Notes under the pieces: model-generated
What the model saw: the letters and a program-made list of their open reading frames with translations, nothing else
Told to the model about the DNA's origin: nothing
Database searches by the model: none
Assembly: GCA_963674755.2 (NCBI GenBank)
Contig: CAXXVS010000003.1
Coordinates: forward strand, 1,472,001-1,536,000
Length of the DNA: 64,000 bases
DNA from: Desulfobacterales bacterium
Lineage (GTDB): Bacteria > Desulfobacterota > Desulfobacteria > Desulfobacterales > UBA5852
Reading direction: 5' to 3'
Shown: piece after piece, positions 50,481-60,395 of the stretch
Position numbering within the stretch: the first letter of the stretch is position 1
Layout: each line of letters opens with the position of its first letter
Program-made: the position numbers and the translations under genes

Positions 50481-51380
50481 GTGGCGATAATCGGTGCGGC
50501 TTTCCTGATGGTCGTTGGCCTGGTTTGCGGCGGGGTGGGGGTATACCGCTGGCTGCAATACCAGAGCGATCGGCGGCCGGCCAACGCACCGGAACGGACG
50601 GCGGCCCGGATCGATGTGGACGCGGCGCCTACGGTGGTGTGCATCGGCGACAGCCTCACCCACGGCCGGACCAGCAGCGACTATGTGGCCCTGCTGCAGA
50701 AGCGCTTCCGCCCCAAGGGCTACCGCTTTGTCAATGCCGGCTTGAATGGCGAGCTGGCCTACAACGTTCTGCAGCGGCTGGATGCCGTGATTGCCTGCCG
50801 GCCGTCTTGGATTACCCTCATGATCGGGACCAACGATGCCTATGCCGCCCTCAGCACGTCCAATGCCCATGAAACCATGGAGCAGATGGGGTTGCCGGAG
50901 CGGCCCACCCGGGATACCTTCCGGCGCTATTTGACGGAGATCTGCCTGCAGCTGCGCACGGCCACGGCCGCCCCCCTGGCGCTGCTCTCCCTGCCGCCGC
51001 TCGGGGAGGATCCGGCCCACCGGGCCTTCGAGCTGACTGCGGCTTACAGCTGCATCATTCAGTCCGTGGCCCACGAGACCGGCAATGCCTATCTGCCTGT
51101 CCATGAACGGATGTGCGCCTACCTCGATCGCCATGCCGGAAGTGTGCGGCGCTCGTTCGCGGCGTACCGGGACGGGATGGGGTTGGCGGTCAAGATACGG
51201 CGTTTTCTGCTGCACCAGTCGTTCGATGCCATATCCCAACGCAACGGATTCACCCTCTTGACGGATTTCTTCCACCTGAACGCCATTGGTGCGACCATTG
51301 TGGCCGATGCGGTGGCGGAATTCATTACCTCCGGAGGAGCCCATGATTCGATCGGCGCGTCGCGACGCCCCTGCCTATGA
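50481..51380 (+). CDS. SGNH/GDSL hydrolase with N-terminal TM; start uncertain
   Basis: CIGDSLT, NAGLNG, IGTND, DFFHLN. Confidence 0.88.
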   Translation: MAIIGAAFLMVVGLVCGGVGVYRWLQYQSDRRPANAPERTAARIDVDAAPTVVCIGDSLTHGRTSSDYVALLQKRFRPKGYRFVNAGLNGELAYNVLQRLDAVIACRPSWITLMIGTNDAYAALSTSNAHETMEQMGLPERPTRDTFRRYLTEICLQLRTATAAPLALLSLPPLGEDPAHRAFELTAAYSCIIQSVAHETGNAYLPVHERMCAYLDRHAGSVRRSFAAYRDGMGLAVKIRRFLLHQSFDAISQRNGFTLLTDFFHLNAIGATIVADAVAEFITSGGAHDSIGASRRPCL

Positions 51381-51708
51381 AACCCGCGACGGTTACCTGA
51401 TCCGGGAGTTGATGCATCCCGACGTGCACGGCAACCGTCGCCAGAGCCTGGCCGAGGCCACCCTCCGTTCGGGTCAGACGACCCTTACCCATCGCCACGC
51501 CCGCACAGAAGAGCTTTACTATGTTTTACAGGGCGAGGGCCTGATGACGGTGGATCAAGAGAAAAAGGCGGTTGGCCGGGGGGATGCCGTCCTCATCCCT
51601 CCGGGCAGTTGGCATTGCATCACGAACAGCGGTGACAGCGACCTGGTGTTTCTGTGCTGCTGTGCTCCGGCTTATCGTCACGAGGATACGCAATTGCAGC
51701 GGCCTTGA
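51343..51708 (+). CDS. Cupin-domain protein
   Basis: HRHARTEELYYV..G, IPPGSWH. Confidence 0.88.
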   Translation: MIRSARRDAPAYETRDGYLIRELMHPDVHGNRRQSLAEATLRSGQTTLTHRHARTEELYYVLQGEGLMTVDQEKKAVGRGDAVLIPPGSWHCITNSGDSDLVFLCCCAPAYRHEDTQLQRP

Positions 51709-51770
51709 CGGGATGACGTGCCAAGGCGTTCCATACTGCAAACGCTTGATGGGAGACCGTCGAGGAATCG

Positions 51771-52424
51771 ATGATGAATCGTTATCGTTTCAGACAACTG
51801 TGGGCCACCCTTTTGTTGCTGCTGCTTTTCTTCCCCTTCATCAGATATTTCGAATTGACGGGACTGGAGATTGCGCTGAATGCCATCATCACCTTGATTC
51901 TGATCGCCAGCATCCATGCCGTCAGCGATAATCGCCGACACTTGTTGCTGGCCCTGGCCATGATCGCACCGGCGATTGTTTTGAGTTGGACGGATCAATT
52001 CTTCCCGTCGCAGATCTATCAACTGGTCGCTCCCATTTTCCTGGCGATGGCCTTCGGTTTCGTGGCCGTTCACATTCTGCGGTTTGCCTTGCAAACCGGA
52101 CGCGTCGATGCCGCCAAGGTGGATGCCGCCATATGCGTCTACCTGCTCATCGGCGTGATCTGGCAGTATTTTTTTATTCTCGTCAACAGCGTCATTCCGG
52201 GGTCCTTCGCGAACCCCCGGCTTGCTTATGGCGATTTTCTCTATTTCAGTTTTGTCACCCTCACGACCCTGGGCTATGGGGACATCACCCCGCTCAACGG
52301 ACCGGCCCAGGCCCTGGCCTATACGGAAGCCATCCTGGGGCAACTCTACCTCACGATCCTGGTGGCGCGGCTGGTGGGGCTCTACATCGCCTATACCAAT
52401 TTTGAGGGCCGGCAGGACGATTGA
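51771..52424 (+). CDS. Potassium channel family protein (Ion_trans_2)
   Basis: YFSFVTLTTLGYGDITP selectivity filter; multiple TMs. Confidence 0.9.
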   Translation: MMNRYRFRQLWATLLLLLLFFPFIRYFELTGLEIALNAIITLILIASIHAVSDNRRHLLLALAMIAPAIVLSWTDQFFPSQIYQLVAPIFLAMAFGFVAVHILRFALQTGRVDAAKVDAAICVYLLIGVIWQYFFILVNSVIPGSFANPRLAYGDFLYFSFVTLTTLGYGDITPLNGPAQALAYTEAILGQLYLTILVARLVGLYIAYTNFEGRQDD

Positions 52425-52574
52425 AGCCGAACGGGATCCCGGGTGCTGCCCCATAGATTTGAAAATGCCTCTGAAAAAGAGTATGAACACCGATTGTAAA
52501 AGCCCGTACGGCATCGGACCGCCATACGGGCCGCCCATCTGTGAAGAACTCTGTGAGCATGAAAGGAACCGCGA

Positions 52575-53234
52575 ATGCTGAAGTTGGGAGAAAAGGGTAC
52601 TATTCTGCAGCGTGACAAGGAAACCTATGCCATTGCACCGCATATTCCCTGCGGTGTCATAACGCCGGCGCAGTTGCGCATCATTGCCGACGTGGCTGAA
52701 AAATACCATTGCCAGGCCTTGAAATTGACCAGCGCGGCCCGCATCGCCTTGGTGGGGCTTCGCGAGGAGGACGTGGACGCCGTGTGGGCCGAACTGGGGA
52801 TGTCGCCCGGTCACGCGGTGGGGCTTTGCGTGCGCAGTATCAAGGCCTGCCCCGGGATCCAGTTCTGCCGGCTGGCCCTGCAGGACAGCCTGGCCATGGG
52901 GATGAAGCTGGACGAAAAGTTCCACGGCTATCAACTGCCGGGCAAACTGAAAATGGGGGTCAGCGGGTGCACGAATACGTGTGCTGAAAACTGCATCAAA
53001 GACATATCCCTGCTGGGCAAGAAGAAGGGCTGGACGGTCATGGCCGGCGGCAACGGTGCCCGCAAACCCCGGCTGGCCGAAGTGGTGGCCGAGGATCTGG
53101 ATGATCAACAGGCCTTGAAGGTCATCGAAAAAATGGTGGACTACTACGCCCAAAACGGCCAGAAGAACGAACGCCTGGGGGCCATGATCGACCGCATCGG
53201 ACTGGAAACCCTGTGCACGGCCGTGGCGTGCTGA
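52575..53234 (+). CDS. Low-molecular-weight assimilatory-type siroheme sulfite/nitrite reductase (alSir-like)
   Basis: 219 aa; ACPGIQFC and GVSGCTNTCAE siroheme-[4Fe-4S] ligand motifs. Confidence 0.8.
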   Translation: MLKLGEKGTILQRDKETYAIAPHIPCGVITPAQLRIIADVAEKYHCQALKLTSAARIALVGLREEDVDAVWAELGMSPGHAVGLCVRSIKACPGIQFCRLALQDSLAMGMKLDEKFHGYQLPGKLKMGVSGCTNTCAENCIKDISLLGKKKGWTVMAGGNGARKPRLAEVVAEDLDDQQALKVIEKMVDYYAQNGQKNERLGAMIDRIGLETLCTAVAC

Positions 53235-53296
53235 TATCTGCGGGCCAATTCGTACGCCGGGTTGTGATCGTGCCGGCCGGCTAAAGGAAGATCGCC

Positions 53297-53974
53297 ATGA
53301 GGCTTCTCCTGATCGAAGATGATGTCAAGATCGCCTCTTTCGTCATCAAGGGATTGAAGGCGGAGGGCTTTGCCGTAGACCACGCCTCGGAAGGTGAAAG
53401 CGGTCTGCACCTGGCGCTGACCGAGCCCTACGACCTGGCGATCGTCGACATCATGCTGCCCCAGATGGACGGCTTCGAGATTATCGCGGCGATCCGCCGG
53501 GATAAGATCCACCTGCCGGTGATCATCCTGAGTGCCCGGGGCGCCACGGAGGACAAGGTGAAGGGGCTGCAACTGGGCAGCGATGATTATCTGACCAAGC
53601 CCTTTGCCTTCTCCGAGCTGCTGGCCCGCATCCAGGCCCTCCTGCGCAGGAGCAGCGGCGCTGCCGAGCCCACCAAGCTGGAGCTGGGCGATCTGTCCAT
53701 GAATCTGATCACCCGCGAAGTGGTGCGTCGGGGCCGCAAGATAGACCTCCAGCCCCTTGAATTTTCCCTGCTGGAATACCTGTTGCGCAATGCCGGCAAG
53801 GTGGTGTCCAAGACCATGATCATGGAGCATGTCTGGGATTACCACTTCGACCCCCAGACCAATGTGGTGGAATCCCGGATTTACCATTTGCGGGAAAAAA
53901 TCGACAAAGGATTCGAGACTAAACTGATCCATACCGTGCGCGGGGTCGGCTATGTTCTTAAAACGATTGACTAG
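53297..53974 (+). CDS. OmpR-family response regulator (CusR/CzcR-like)
   Basis: LLIEDD, DIMLP, DDYLTKPF, TNVVE, IHTVRGVGY. Confidence 0.94.
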   Translation: MRLLLIEDDVKIASFVIKGLKAEGFAVDHASEGESGLHLALTEPYDLAIVDIMLPQMDGFEIIAAIRRDKIHLPVIILSARGATEDKVKGLQLGSDDYLTKPFAFSELLARIQALLRRSSGAAEPTKLELGDLSMNLITREVVRRGRKIDLQPLEFSLLEYLLRNAGKVVSKTMIMEHVWDYHFDPQTNVVESRIYHLREKIDKGFETKLIHTVRGVGYVLKTID

Positions 53975-55385
53975 GCTGCGGCGTTCCCTGGCCTTTCGGC
54001 TGACCCTCTGGTATGCGGCGATCTTTTCCATCTCGGCCTTTCTGGCCTTCGTCTTTTTCTATTTTCAGATGATCGAGGTGCTGCGCAGCCAGGTGGATGA
54101 TGATCTGACCCGCCAAATGCGGGCCCTGGCCGGAATCATGCAGGTTGACGGGCTGACCGGGGTGCGCCAGGTGGCCTTGCAGGAAGCCCAGGCCGGCGGT
54201 GAAAAGGCGCGTTTCATCCGGCTGCTGTCCCGGTTCGGGACGGAGTTTTCGGTATCCGATCAGGCCCGCGGACGGGAAATCGGAGTAAACAGCGAAGCCA
54301 TTCGCCGGCTGCTGATGAACGGGCGCCCCGTGTTCGAAACCGTCGGTCTGCCCGGCGGCGGCGGCCTGCGCATCATCTACGGCTTTATCGGCCCCGGCAT
54401 CATCCTGCAGCTGGGCCAGCCCCTGGCCCTTCAAACCCGGCTGGTCCAGGCGTTCCAACGCCGTTTTACAACGACGATGCTGGTGGTGATGGGGCTGGCC
54501 GCCGTGATCGGCTGGTTTCTGGCCCGCCGCGCTCTTTCCGGGGTGGCGGGCATTGCCCATACCGCCCGGCGGATCACAAGCGGCGATCTGGCCGTCCGGG
54601 CGCCTGTCAGCCGCCGGGGTGACGAAATCGATCAACTGGCGGGCAACATCAACCAGATGCTGGATCGGATCCTGGATCTGATTACCGGCATCCGGGAGAT
54701 GAGCGACAATATCGCCCACGATTTGAAAAGCCCCATCACGCGGATCCGCGGCCTGGCGGAAGTCACCTTGACCACGGCGGCCCATCAGGACGACTATGAG
54801 GCCATGGCGGCCAGCACCATCGAAGAGTGCGACCGTCTGCTGGACATGATCAACACCATGCTGGTCATATCGCGAACCGAGGCGGGGGTTCTGGAGCTGG
54901 ACTGGCAGCCGGTGGACATGGCCGGCCTTGTGCGCGACGCGGGCCGCCTTTTCGAAACCACCGCCCGGGACAACGGTCTGCAGCTGGCCATTACGGCCGA
55001 GGGGGCCTTTACCATCAACGGGGATGCCCGCATGCTGCAGCGCATGATCGCCAACCTGCTGGACAATGCCATTCGGTATACCCGGTCCGGCGGGCATGTT
55101 GCGGTGGCCGTGCAGGGCCATCCCTCCAGGGAGGTGGAAGTGACCTTCCAGGACGACGGTATCGGCATCCGGCCGGATGATGTTCCGCGCATTTTTGAGC
55201 GCTTTTACCGCTGCGATCCGAGCCGTTCCCAGTCCGGCACCGGCCTGGGGCTCAGCCTGGCCCAGGCCGTGGCCCAGGCCCACGGCGGGAAGATTGCGGT
55301 TCGTAGCGCACCGAACGAGGGCAGTATCTTCAGGGTCGTCCTGCCGCGTAACGAAAATAAATTGGGGTCAGGTCGGCCCACTTGA
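53952..55385 (+). CDS. HAMP-domain sensor histidine kinase
   Basis: Two TMs, HAMP, IAHDLKSP, NLLDNAIRY, DDGIGI, GTGLGL. Confidence 0.94.
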   Translation: MFLKRLTRLRRSLAFRLTLWYAAIFSISAFLAFVFFYFQMIEVLRSQVDDDLTRQMRALAGIMQVDGLTGVRQVALQEAQAGGEKARFIRLLSRFGTEFSVSDQARGREIGVNSEAIRRLLMNGRPVFETVGLPGGGGLRIIYGFIGPGIILQLGQPLALQTRLVQAFQRRFTTTMLVVMGLAAVIGWFLARRALSGVAGIAHTARRITSGDLAVRAPVSRRGDEIDQLAGNINQMLDRILDLITGIREMSDNIAHDLKSPITRIRGLAEVTLTTAAHQDDYEAMAASTIEECDRLLDMINTMLVISRTEAGVLELDWQPVDMAGLVRDAGRLFETTARDNGLQLAITAEGAFTINGDARMLQRMIANLLDNAIRYTRSGGHVAVAVQGHPSREVEVTFQDDGIGIRPDDVPRIFERFYRCDPSRSQSGTGLGLSLAQAVAQAHGGKIAVRSAPNEGSIFRVVLPRNENKLGSGRPT

Positions 55386-55418
55386 CTCCATACGGCATCA
55401 AAAGGGGGAAAGACCATT

Positions 55419-55844
55419 ATGACGCACACCTTGCAGGAAGGGTTGGAATTCGAATTCGGCTATACCGTTCCGCAGGACAAGACCGTCCCGCATCTTTTTC
55501 CGGAATTTCCCGAAGGCCGGGCGATGCCCGAGGTGTTCGCCACCGGTTATATGGTGGGGTTGTTCGAGTTTGCCTGCATTAAGGCCATCAATGCCCACAT
55601 CGACTGGCCCCGCCAGCAGACCGTAGGCATCCATATCAATGTCAGCCACACGGCGGCTACGCCGCCCGGATTCACGGTGACGGTGAAAGGCCGTCTGGAT
55701 AAAATCGACGGGCGCAAACTTTCCTTCACCCTGGAAGCCCATGACGGCGTGGATACCATCTCAAAGGGCAACCACGAGCGCTTCCTGATCGATGCCGACA
55801 AGTTCAACACCGCCGTGGCTGAAAAAACGGCCGCCGGCGGCTGA
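55419..55844 (+). CDS. Fluoroacetyl-CoA thioesterase (FlK)-like hotdog thioesterase
   Basis: VFATGYMVGLFE, TVG..HTAATPPG (Thr-Glu-His triad context). Confidence 0.85.
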   Translation: MTHTLQEGLEFEFGYTVPQDKTVPHLFPEFPEGRAMPEVFATGYMVGLFEFACIKAINAHIDWPRQQTVGIHINVSHTAATPPGFTVTVKGRLDKIDGRKLSFTLEAHDGVDTISKGNHERFLIDADKFNTAVAEKTAAGG

Positions 55845-55846
55845 TC

Positions 55847-56998
55847 TCAGGAGGGGGAGGCCCCCGGCGCCGTATCGCGCCCGGGGAAAAAACGCCGGTA
55901 GAGTCCGTGGCCCGCCACGCCGATGCCGCCCCCCAGCGTATTGAGGATCAGATCGAGCATCTGCGAACTGCGGGACGGGATCCAGGCCTGAGCCAGTTCG
56001 ATGGTGAGGCTGATGGTCCCACAGGCCAGCATGACGAAAAGCAGCCGTTTGCGAAACGGCTGCTGCCAGTGCCCCAGCAGGGCGCTCAGCAAAAATCCCA
56101 TGGGGATAAAGCCGGTGATATTAATCACCATGTCCTGGAAAAGCGACAGATTGAATTCTTCGCCGGACAACGGCGCGGCCAGGAATTCCTTGGTAAGAAT
56201 GGCCATCCGGTGCGGCAGGTGCAGGTCGTTGCCGCCCGGGGCATGGTCGACCACCCTTGCCCCCCGGCCTTCGTCGAACAGATAGAGCCCGAGAGGAGTT
56301 TCCGTCCGGGCGAAGGCAAACGTCCGCTCGGCGGTCCATTGCCGGTAATGGGTTTTGATGGCTTGCCCGGTCAGTTGGCGATCGAAATAGGCCAGGCCGT
56401 AGATTTCCCCGGCCCAGGGGTGCCGCCCGTAGATGGAGTTCCCCAAAACGAGCCGTGTCGATCCATTTCCACGCGGAATGTGCAGGTGCAAATCGCTTCT
56501 GCGGCGGACCGGCTCCCCGTCCAGGAAGACTGCCGTACCGCCCGGACCGGAGGTGATCGTCAGAAAACGTTCCCCCGGGGGGGGGGAGGCGTTGACCGCG
56601 ATCCGGGCCCGCCGGCGTTTGGCATCGTAGTCGTCCCCGTGCATGACAACCAGCCAGGATTTCCACTGCCCGATCACCAGCTGGGTGTCATCGTCGTCGC
56701 CATGCAGCAGGAGAAGAAAGCGGAAATGGCCGTCGCCGGTCGCGCCGGGTTTCAAGGCGATTTCAATGGAGAGCGGTGCCTGATCCGGGGCCGTTTCAGC
56801 GGCGGGGACGGCCGCCTTCCCATAGGCGATCCCGTAGTTGCCGAAACGGAGGCCGGGGCGGGCATCGAGCCAGGCGACCTCGTTGGTGATGGCCGCCCCC
56901 TTGAAGCGCAGACCGGCATAGAGGATCAGCACCAGCATGGCGGCGGTTGATACCAGCAGCAGCCAGGGAAGGGGTTTATTTCGCGGGGTGATTCTCAC
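55847..56998 (-). CDS. Membrane protein with LamG-like domain and C-terminal VanZ domain; start uncertain
   Basis: N-terminal TM, VFLDG..LVLGN..WAGEI..LYLFDEG; INITGFIPMG..IELAQAWIPSR..DLILNTLG. Confidence 0.78.
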   Translation of the reverse strand: MRITPRNKPLPWLLLVSTAAMLVLILYAGLRFKGAAITNEVAWLDARPGLRFGNYGIAYGKAAVPAAETAPDQAPLSIEIALKPGATGDGHFRFLLLLHGDDDDTQLVIGQWKSWLVVMHGDDYDAKRRRARIAVNASPPPGERFLTITSGPGGTAVFLDGEPVRRRSDLHLHIPRGNGSTRLVLGNSIYGRHPWAGEIYGLAYFDRQLTGQAIKTHYRQWTAERTFAFARTETPLGLYLFDEGRGARVVDHAPGGNDLHLPHRMAILTKEFLAAPLSGEEFNLSLFQDMVINITGFIPMGFLLSALLGHWQQPFRKRLLFVMLACGTISLTIELAQAWIPSRSSQMLDLILNTLGGGIGVAGHGLYRRFFPGRDTAPGASPS

Positions 56999-57171
56999 GG
57001 CGATGGGCGATCGTTTGGGCTGTTTGGCATGCGAAACGGCATGGGTCGTATTAGGGCGACTATAGTATTCCCGGCTGCCGGGGTAAAGCGCTAATTGAAT
57101 CCCCGCTGGGCGGTGGCTCCGGACGGGCCTTGCCGACCGACCCGGTCCGGGATGGTCCGGCACAAACATAA

Positions 57172-57230
57172 CATTTTGATCATCTTCAGACCATCTTCCC
57201 GTGAACTTGGTGTCGTATCGTGTCCGTCAA
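57172..57230 (+). promoter_or_regulatory. Shared 15-bp motif, 11-bp direct repeat and RpoE-like promoter upstream of degP
   Basis: CATTTTGATCATCTT (also at 62185); GATCATCTTCA/GACCATCTTCC; GAACTT-N17-GTCAA. Confidence 0.45.
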
Positions 57231-57533
57231 GCATTAGCATTACTACCGTGCCCGTTCATAGATGACATCTTTTGGCCCCCGGCCCGCCGTCGGTGGATCA
57301 ATCCATCTTTGGCGGACAAGTCGGCGTTTTCGCCTCCTGTCGGTCCTCGGTGTCACCATGCTACGCCCGTGGGCGCCAGTCGGCTGCGCTTTGTTGAACA
57401 CCGATATGTTTAAAGACCAGACGTTGAAATCCCGCGCTGTGCGGCGGGACCAGGAGCCAACATCTACCATCTCTGGATGGGCACTATCTAACCTGCTTTT
57501 TATCGACATCCGAGGACACAAGGAGGACTTGCC

Positions 57534-59003
57534 ATGAACAACCGATTAGGACGTTGGATGATGACGGCCGCTATTGCCATGGGACTGTTAGTGGCCGGCA
57601 CCCTGCCGCTGCCGTCCGTACAAGCCGCCGGCCAGGGTTCGCTATCAAATGTCCTGGCACCGGCCGGCAATGCGGTCATGGTGCCGGTGAACTTTACCAA
57701 TCTGGCGGAGCACGCCAAACCCGGTGTCGTAAATATCCGCACCGTCAAGACGGTCAACGGCGGCGGGCCGGTATTCCGTCACTTTTTCGGGCGCACCCCC
57801 CGGGGACAGGAAGATCCCTTCCGTGATTTTTTCGGCATGGGACCCCAGCGGGAATTTAAGCAGCGCAGCCTGGGGTCGGGCTTCCTGATCGATAAGGACG
57901 GGTATATCGTCACCAACAACCATGTCGTGGAGGATGCCGATCAGATCAAAGTGCGTCTTTTCGATGAAAGCGAATTCGATGCCACCGTGATCGGACGCGA
58001 CCCCAAGACCGACATCGCGTTGATCAAAATCGACGCCGGTTCCACCAAACTGCAGCCCCTGAAACTGGGGGATTCCGACAATCTCAAGGTGGGCAGCTGG
58101 GTAGTGGCCATCGGCAGTCCCTTCGGTCTGGAACAGACGGTCACGGCGGGCATCGTCAGCGCCAAGGGCCGCATTATCGGCTCCGGCCCCTACGACGATT
58201 TCATCCAGACGGACGCTTCCATCAACCCCGGCAACAGCGGCGGTCCCCTGTTGAATCTCAATGGTGAAGTGGTGGGCATCAACACGGCCATCGTGGCCAG
58301 CGGTCAGGGTATCGGCTTCGCAATTCCCGTCAACATGGCCGACGGCATCATCAAGCAACTCAAGGACACCGGCGAAGTCTCCCGCGGCTGGCTGGGCGTG
58401 GGCATTCAGAATCTGACCCCCGAACTGGCGGAATACTACGGTATCAAAGCCCGCGAAGGCGTTCTGGTGACCCAGACCTATAAGGACGATCCGGCCGATA
58501 AAGCCGGCATCAAGGAGGGCGATATCATCATTGCCGTCGACGGCAAGCCCATCGCCACCAGCCACGAATTATCCCGTACCGTAGCGGAGGCCGGCGTGGG
58601 CAACAAGATGACCATCACCCTGTTGCGGGACGGCCGCGAAAAGGAGGTCCGCGTCAAACTGGCCAAGCGGCCTGACACCGAACCCACCATGGCCCGCTCA
58701 GAAGAAACCCGCTCGGATGATCTCGGCTTGCAGGTGCGCGCGATCAACCCGGAAATCGCCGATCGTCTGGGGCTGGACGAAAACACCCGGGGGGTCATCG
58801 TAACCGCGGTGGACCCGGGCAGCAAAGCCGCCGAGACGGATATCCGCCAGGGCGACCTGATCGTCGAGATCAATCGCAAGCCCATCGAGTCGATGGACGA
58901 CTACCGCAGCCAGATAGAACGCATTGAAAAGGGCGATACCGTCCAGATGCTGCTGCGGCGCGGCGGCAACGGCGGATTGCTGGCCGTAAAGTTCACCCGG
59001 TAA
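57534..59003 (+). CDS. degP: DegP/DegQ (HtrA) serine protease with two PDZ domains
   Basis: Signal peptide; TNNHV, DIAL, QTDASINPGNSGG, RGWLGV. Confidence 0.9.
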   Translation: MNNRLGRWMMTAAIAMGLLVAGTLPLPSVQAAGQGSLSNVLAPAGNAVMVPVNFTNLAEHAKPGVVNIRTVKTVNGGGPVFRHFFGRTPRGQEDPFRDFFGMGPQREFKQRSLGSGFLIDKDGYIVTNNHVVEDADQIKVRLFDESEFDATVIGRDPKTDIALIKIDAGSTKLQPLKLGDSDNLKVGSWVVAIGSPFGLEQTVTAGIVSAKGRIIGSGPYDDFIQTDASINPGNSGGPLLNLNGEVVGINTAIVASGQGIGFAIPVNMADGIIKQLKDTGEVSRGWLGVGIQNLTPELAEYYGIKAREGVLVTQTYKDDPADKAGIKEGDIIIAVDGKPIATSHELSRTVAEAGVGNKMTITLLRDGREKEVRVKLAKRPDTEPTMARSEETRSDDLGLQVRAINPEIADRLGLDENTRGVIVTAVDPGSKAAETDIRQGDLIVEINRKPIESMDDYRSQIERIEKGDTVQMLLRRGGNGGLLAVKFTR

Positions 59004-59043
59004 TCGGCCGATCCGCTAAAACGGCGGCTTTGCCAGGCATCAC

Positions 59044-59088
59044 AACACCCGGAGTGGGGATCTCAAAGGTTCCACTCCGGGTGTTTTT
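59044..59088 (+). terminator. Rho-independent terminator after degP
   Basis: AACACCCGGAGTGG..CCACTCCGGGTGTTTTT. Confidence 0.8.
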
Positions 59089-59098
59089 ATAGAAAACG

Positions 59099-59144
59099 GG
59101 GGTCGCAACATTTGACAATCTATCTTGTCAAATGTTGCGACCCC
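59099..59144. repeat. Perfect 20-bp inverted repeat beginning GGGGTC
   Basis: GGGGTCGCAACATTTGACAA-tctatc-TTGTCAAATGTTGCGACCCC. Confidence 0.8.
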
Positions 59145-59158
59145 TCCATTACCCTTGG

Positions 59159-60142
59159 TTACATGCCGGTCGCCGGGGGCCAGATGTAGAAAAACCCGCT
59201 GCCCAACTCGTCCATCGACCCTACCAGATCGATATGGATCAGATCCGGCTGGCCGATCGCGCTTTTGGTGCCGACCTCATTGTAGACCGTGTCGTCCGGG
59301 AATTCCGCCCGGCGGTAGGTGACGATTTTGGCATCCGCCGGTAGGCCGGCCAGGGTTTTGGCGGATTGGATGGCATCCTCGACATAGCCGATCTGGTCCA
59401 CCAGGCCCACTTGGCGGGCCTCTTCCGCCAGGAAAATGCGCGCCGAGCGGACCTGAACCAGGGCCTCGGGGGAAATTTTCCGATGCTGGGTCACCAGATC
59501 GACGAAGCGCTTCCCCAGCTGGTCGGTCAGGTCTTGCAGCAGGCGGGTTTCCTCCGGTGTGCTGGCCCGGAAGGGGGAGCCCATATCCTTTTTGTCGCCG
59601 CTTTTGCTGACATTCACCCCCACCCCGATTTTTTCCATCAATCCCTCCACCTTGGGCTGCAGGAAAATGACACCCACCGAACCGGTGATGGTGGTGGGGT
59701 GGGCCACGATACGGTCGGCCGGCAGGGCGATATAGTAGCCGCCGGAGGCGGCCACGCCCATCAGGACGGCCACCAGCTTGTTGCCGGATTTTTCTTTATA
59801 GGCCGTCAGTTCGTGATAGAGGATGTCGCTGGCCGTGACGGTTCCGCCGGGTGAGTTGATTTTTAGGACGACCGCGCCGATCTCGTCATCCTTGGCGGCC
59901 AGCCTGAGTTGGGCCACGATATCGGGCACCATGCCGGGGCGGTCCCGTAAAAGACCCCTGGAAGGGCCCTCCTCGATGGTTCCATTGGCCTGGATAACCA
60001 GTACCTTGGGCGTCTGGGTCCCGCTCAGGGTATATTCCTTGTAAGGATCGGTGCTGTCGGTAAAGAGGTTGACTTTGGGGGCGGCGCAGCCTTGGGCGAT
60101 CACGAGCCCGGCGGCCAAGAGCAGCCATAGGGATTTCTTCAT
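59159..60142 (-). CDS. sppA: Signal peptide peptidase SppA (36K type), probable lipoprotein
   Basis: IAQGC lipobox-like, INSPGG, AASGGYY, TGSVGV, KSGDKKD. Confidence 0.92.
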   Translation of the reverse strand: MKKSLWLLLAAGLVIAQGCAAPKVNLFTDSTDPYKEYTLSGTQTPKVLVIQANGTIEEGPSRGLLRDRPGMVPDIVAQLRLAAKDDEIGAVVLKINSPGGTVTASDILYHELTAYKEKSGNKLVAVLMGVAASGGYYIALPADRIVAHPTTITGSVGVIFLQPKVEGLMEKIGVGVNVSKSGDKKDMGSPFRASTPEETRLLQDLTDQLGKRFVDLVTQHRKISPEALVQVRSARIFLAEEARQVGLVDQIGYVEDAIQSAKTLAGLPADAKIVTYRRAEFPDDTVYNEVGTKSAIGQPDLIHIDLVGSMDELGSGFFYIWPPATGM

Positions 60143-60395
60143 GGACATATCCTCCTGTGTGTGTGGATGGGGTAGCGGCGCTCAGCGCGTTGAAGGGCAG
60201 GGGCCGGTTTCATCGGCCTGCAAAATACTAAATAGTGCCCATCCATAAATGGCATCTTTCGGCCCCGGTCGGCGTTCTCAGTCATTGGAAATCCTCGCCG
60301 TAGCCCAGTTAGGCCTGTGGTTTCCAATTCCCTGCGGCCTTGGCCGGAGCCAAAATCTACCACTTCTGGATAAACATTTAATAAGGAGCGTCCTA

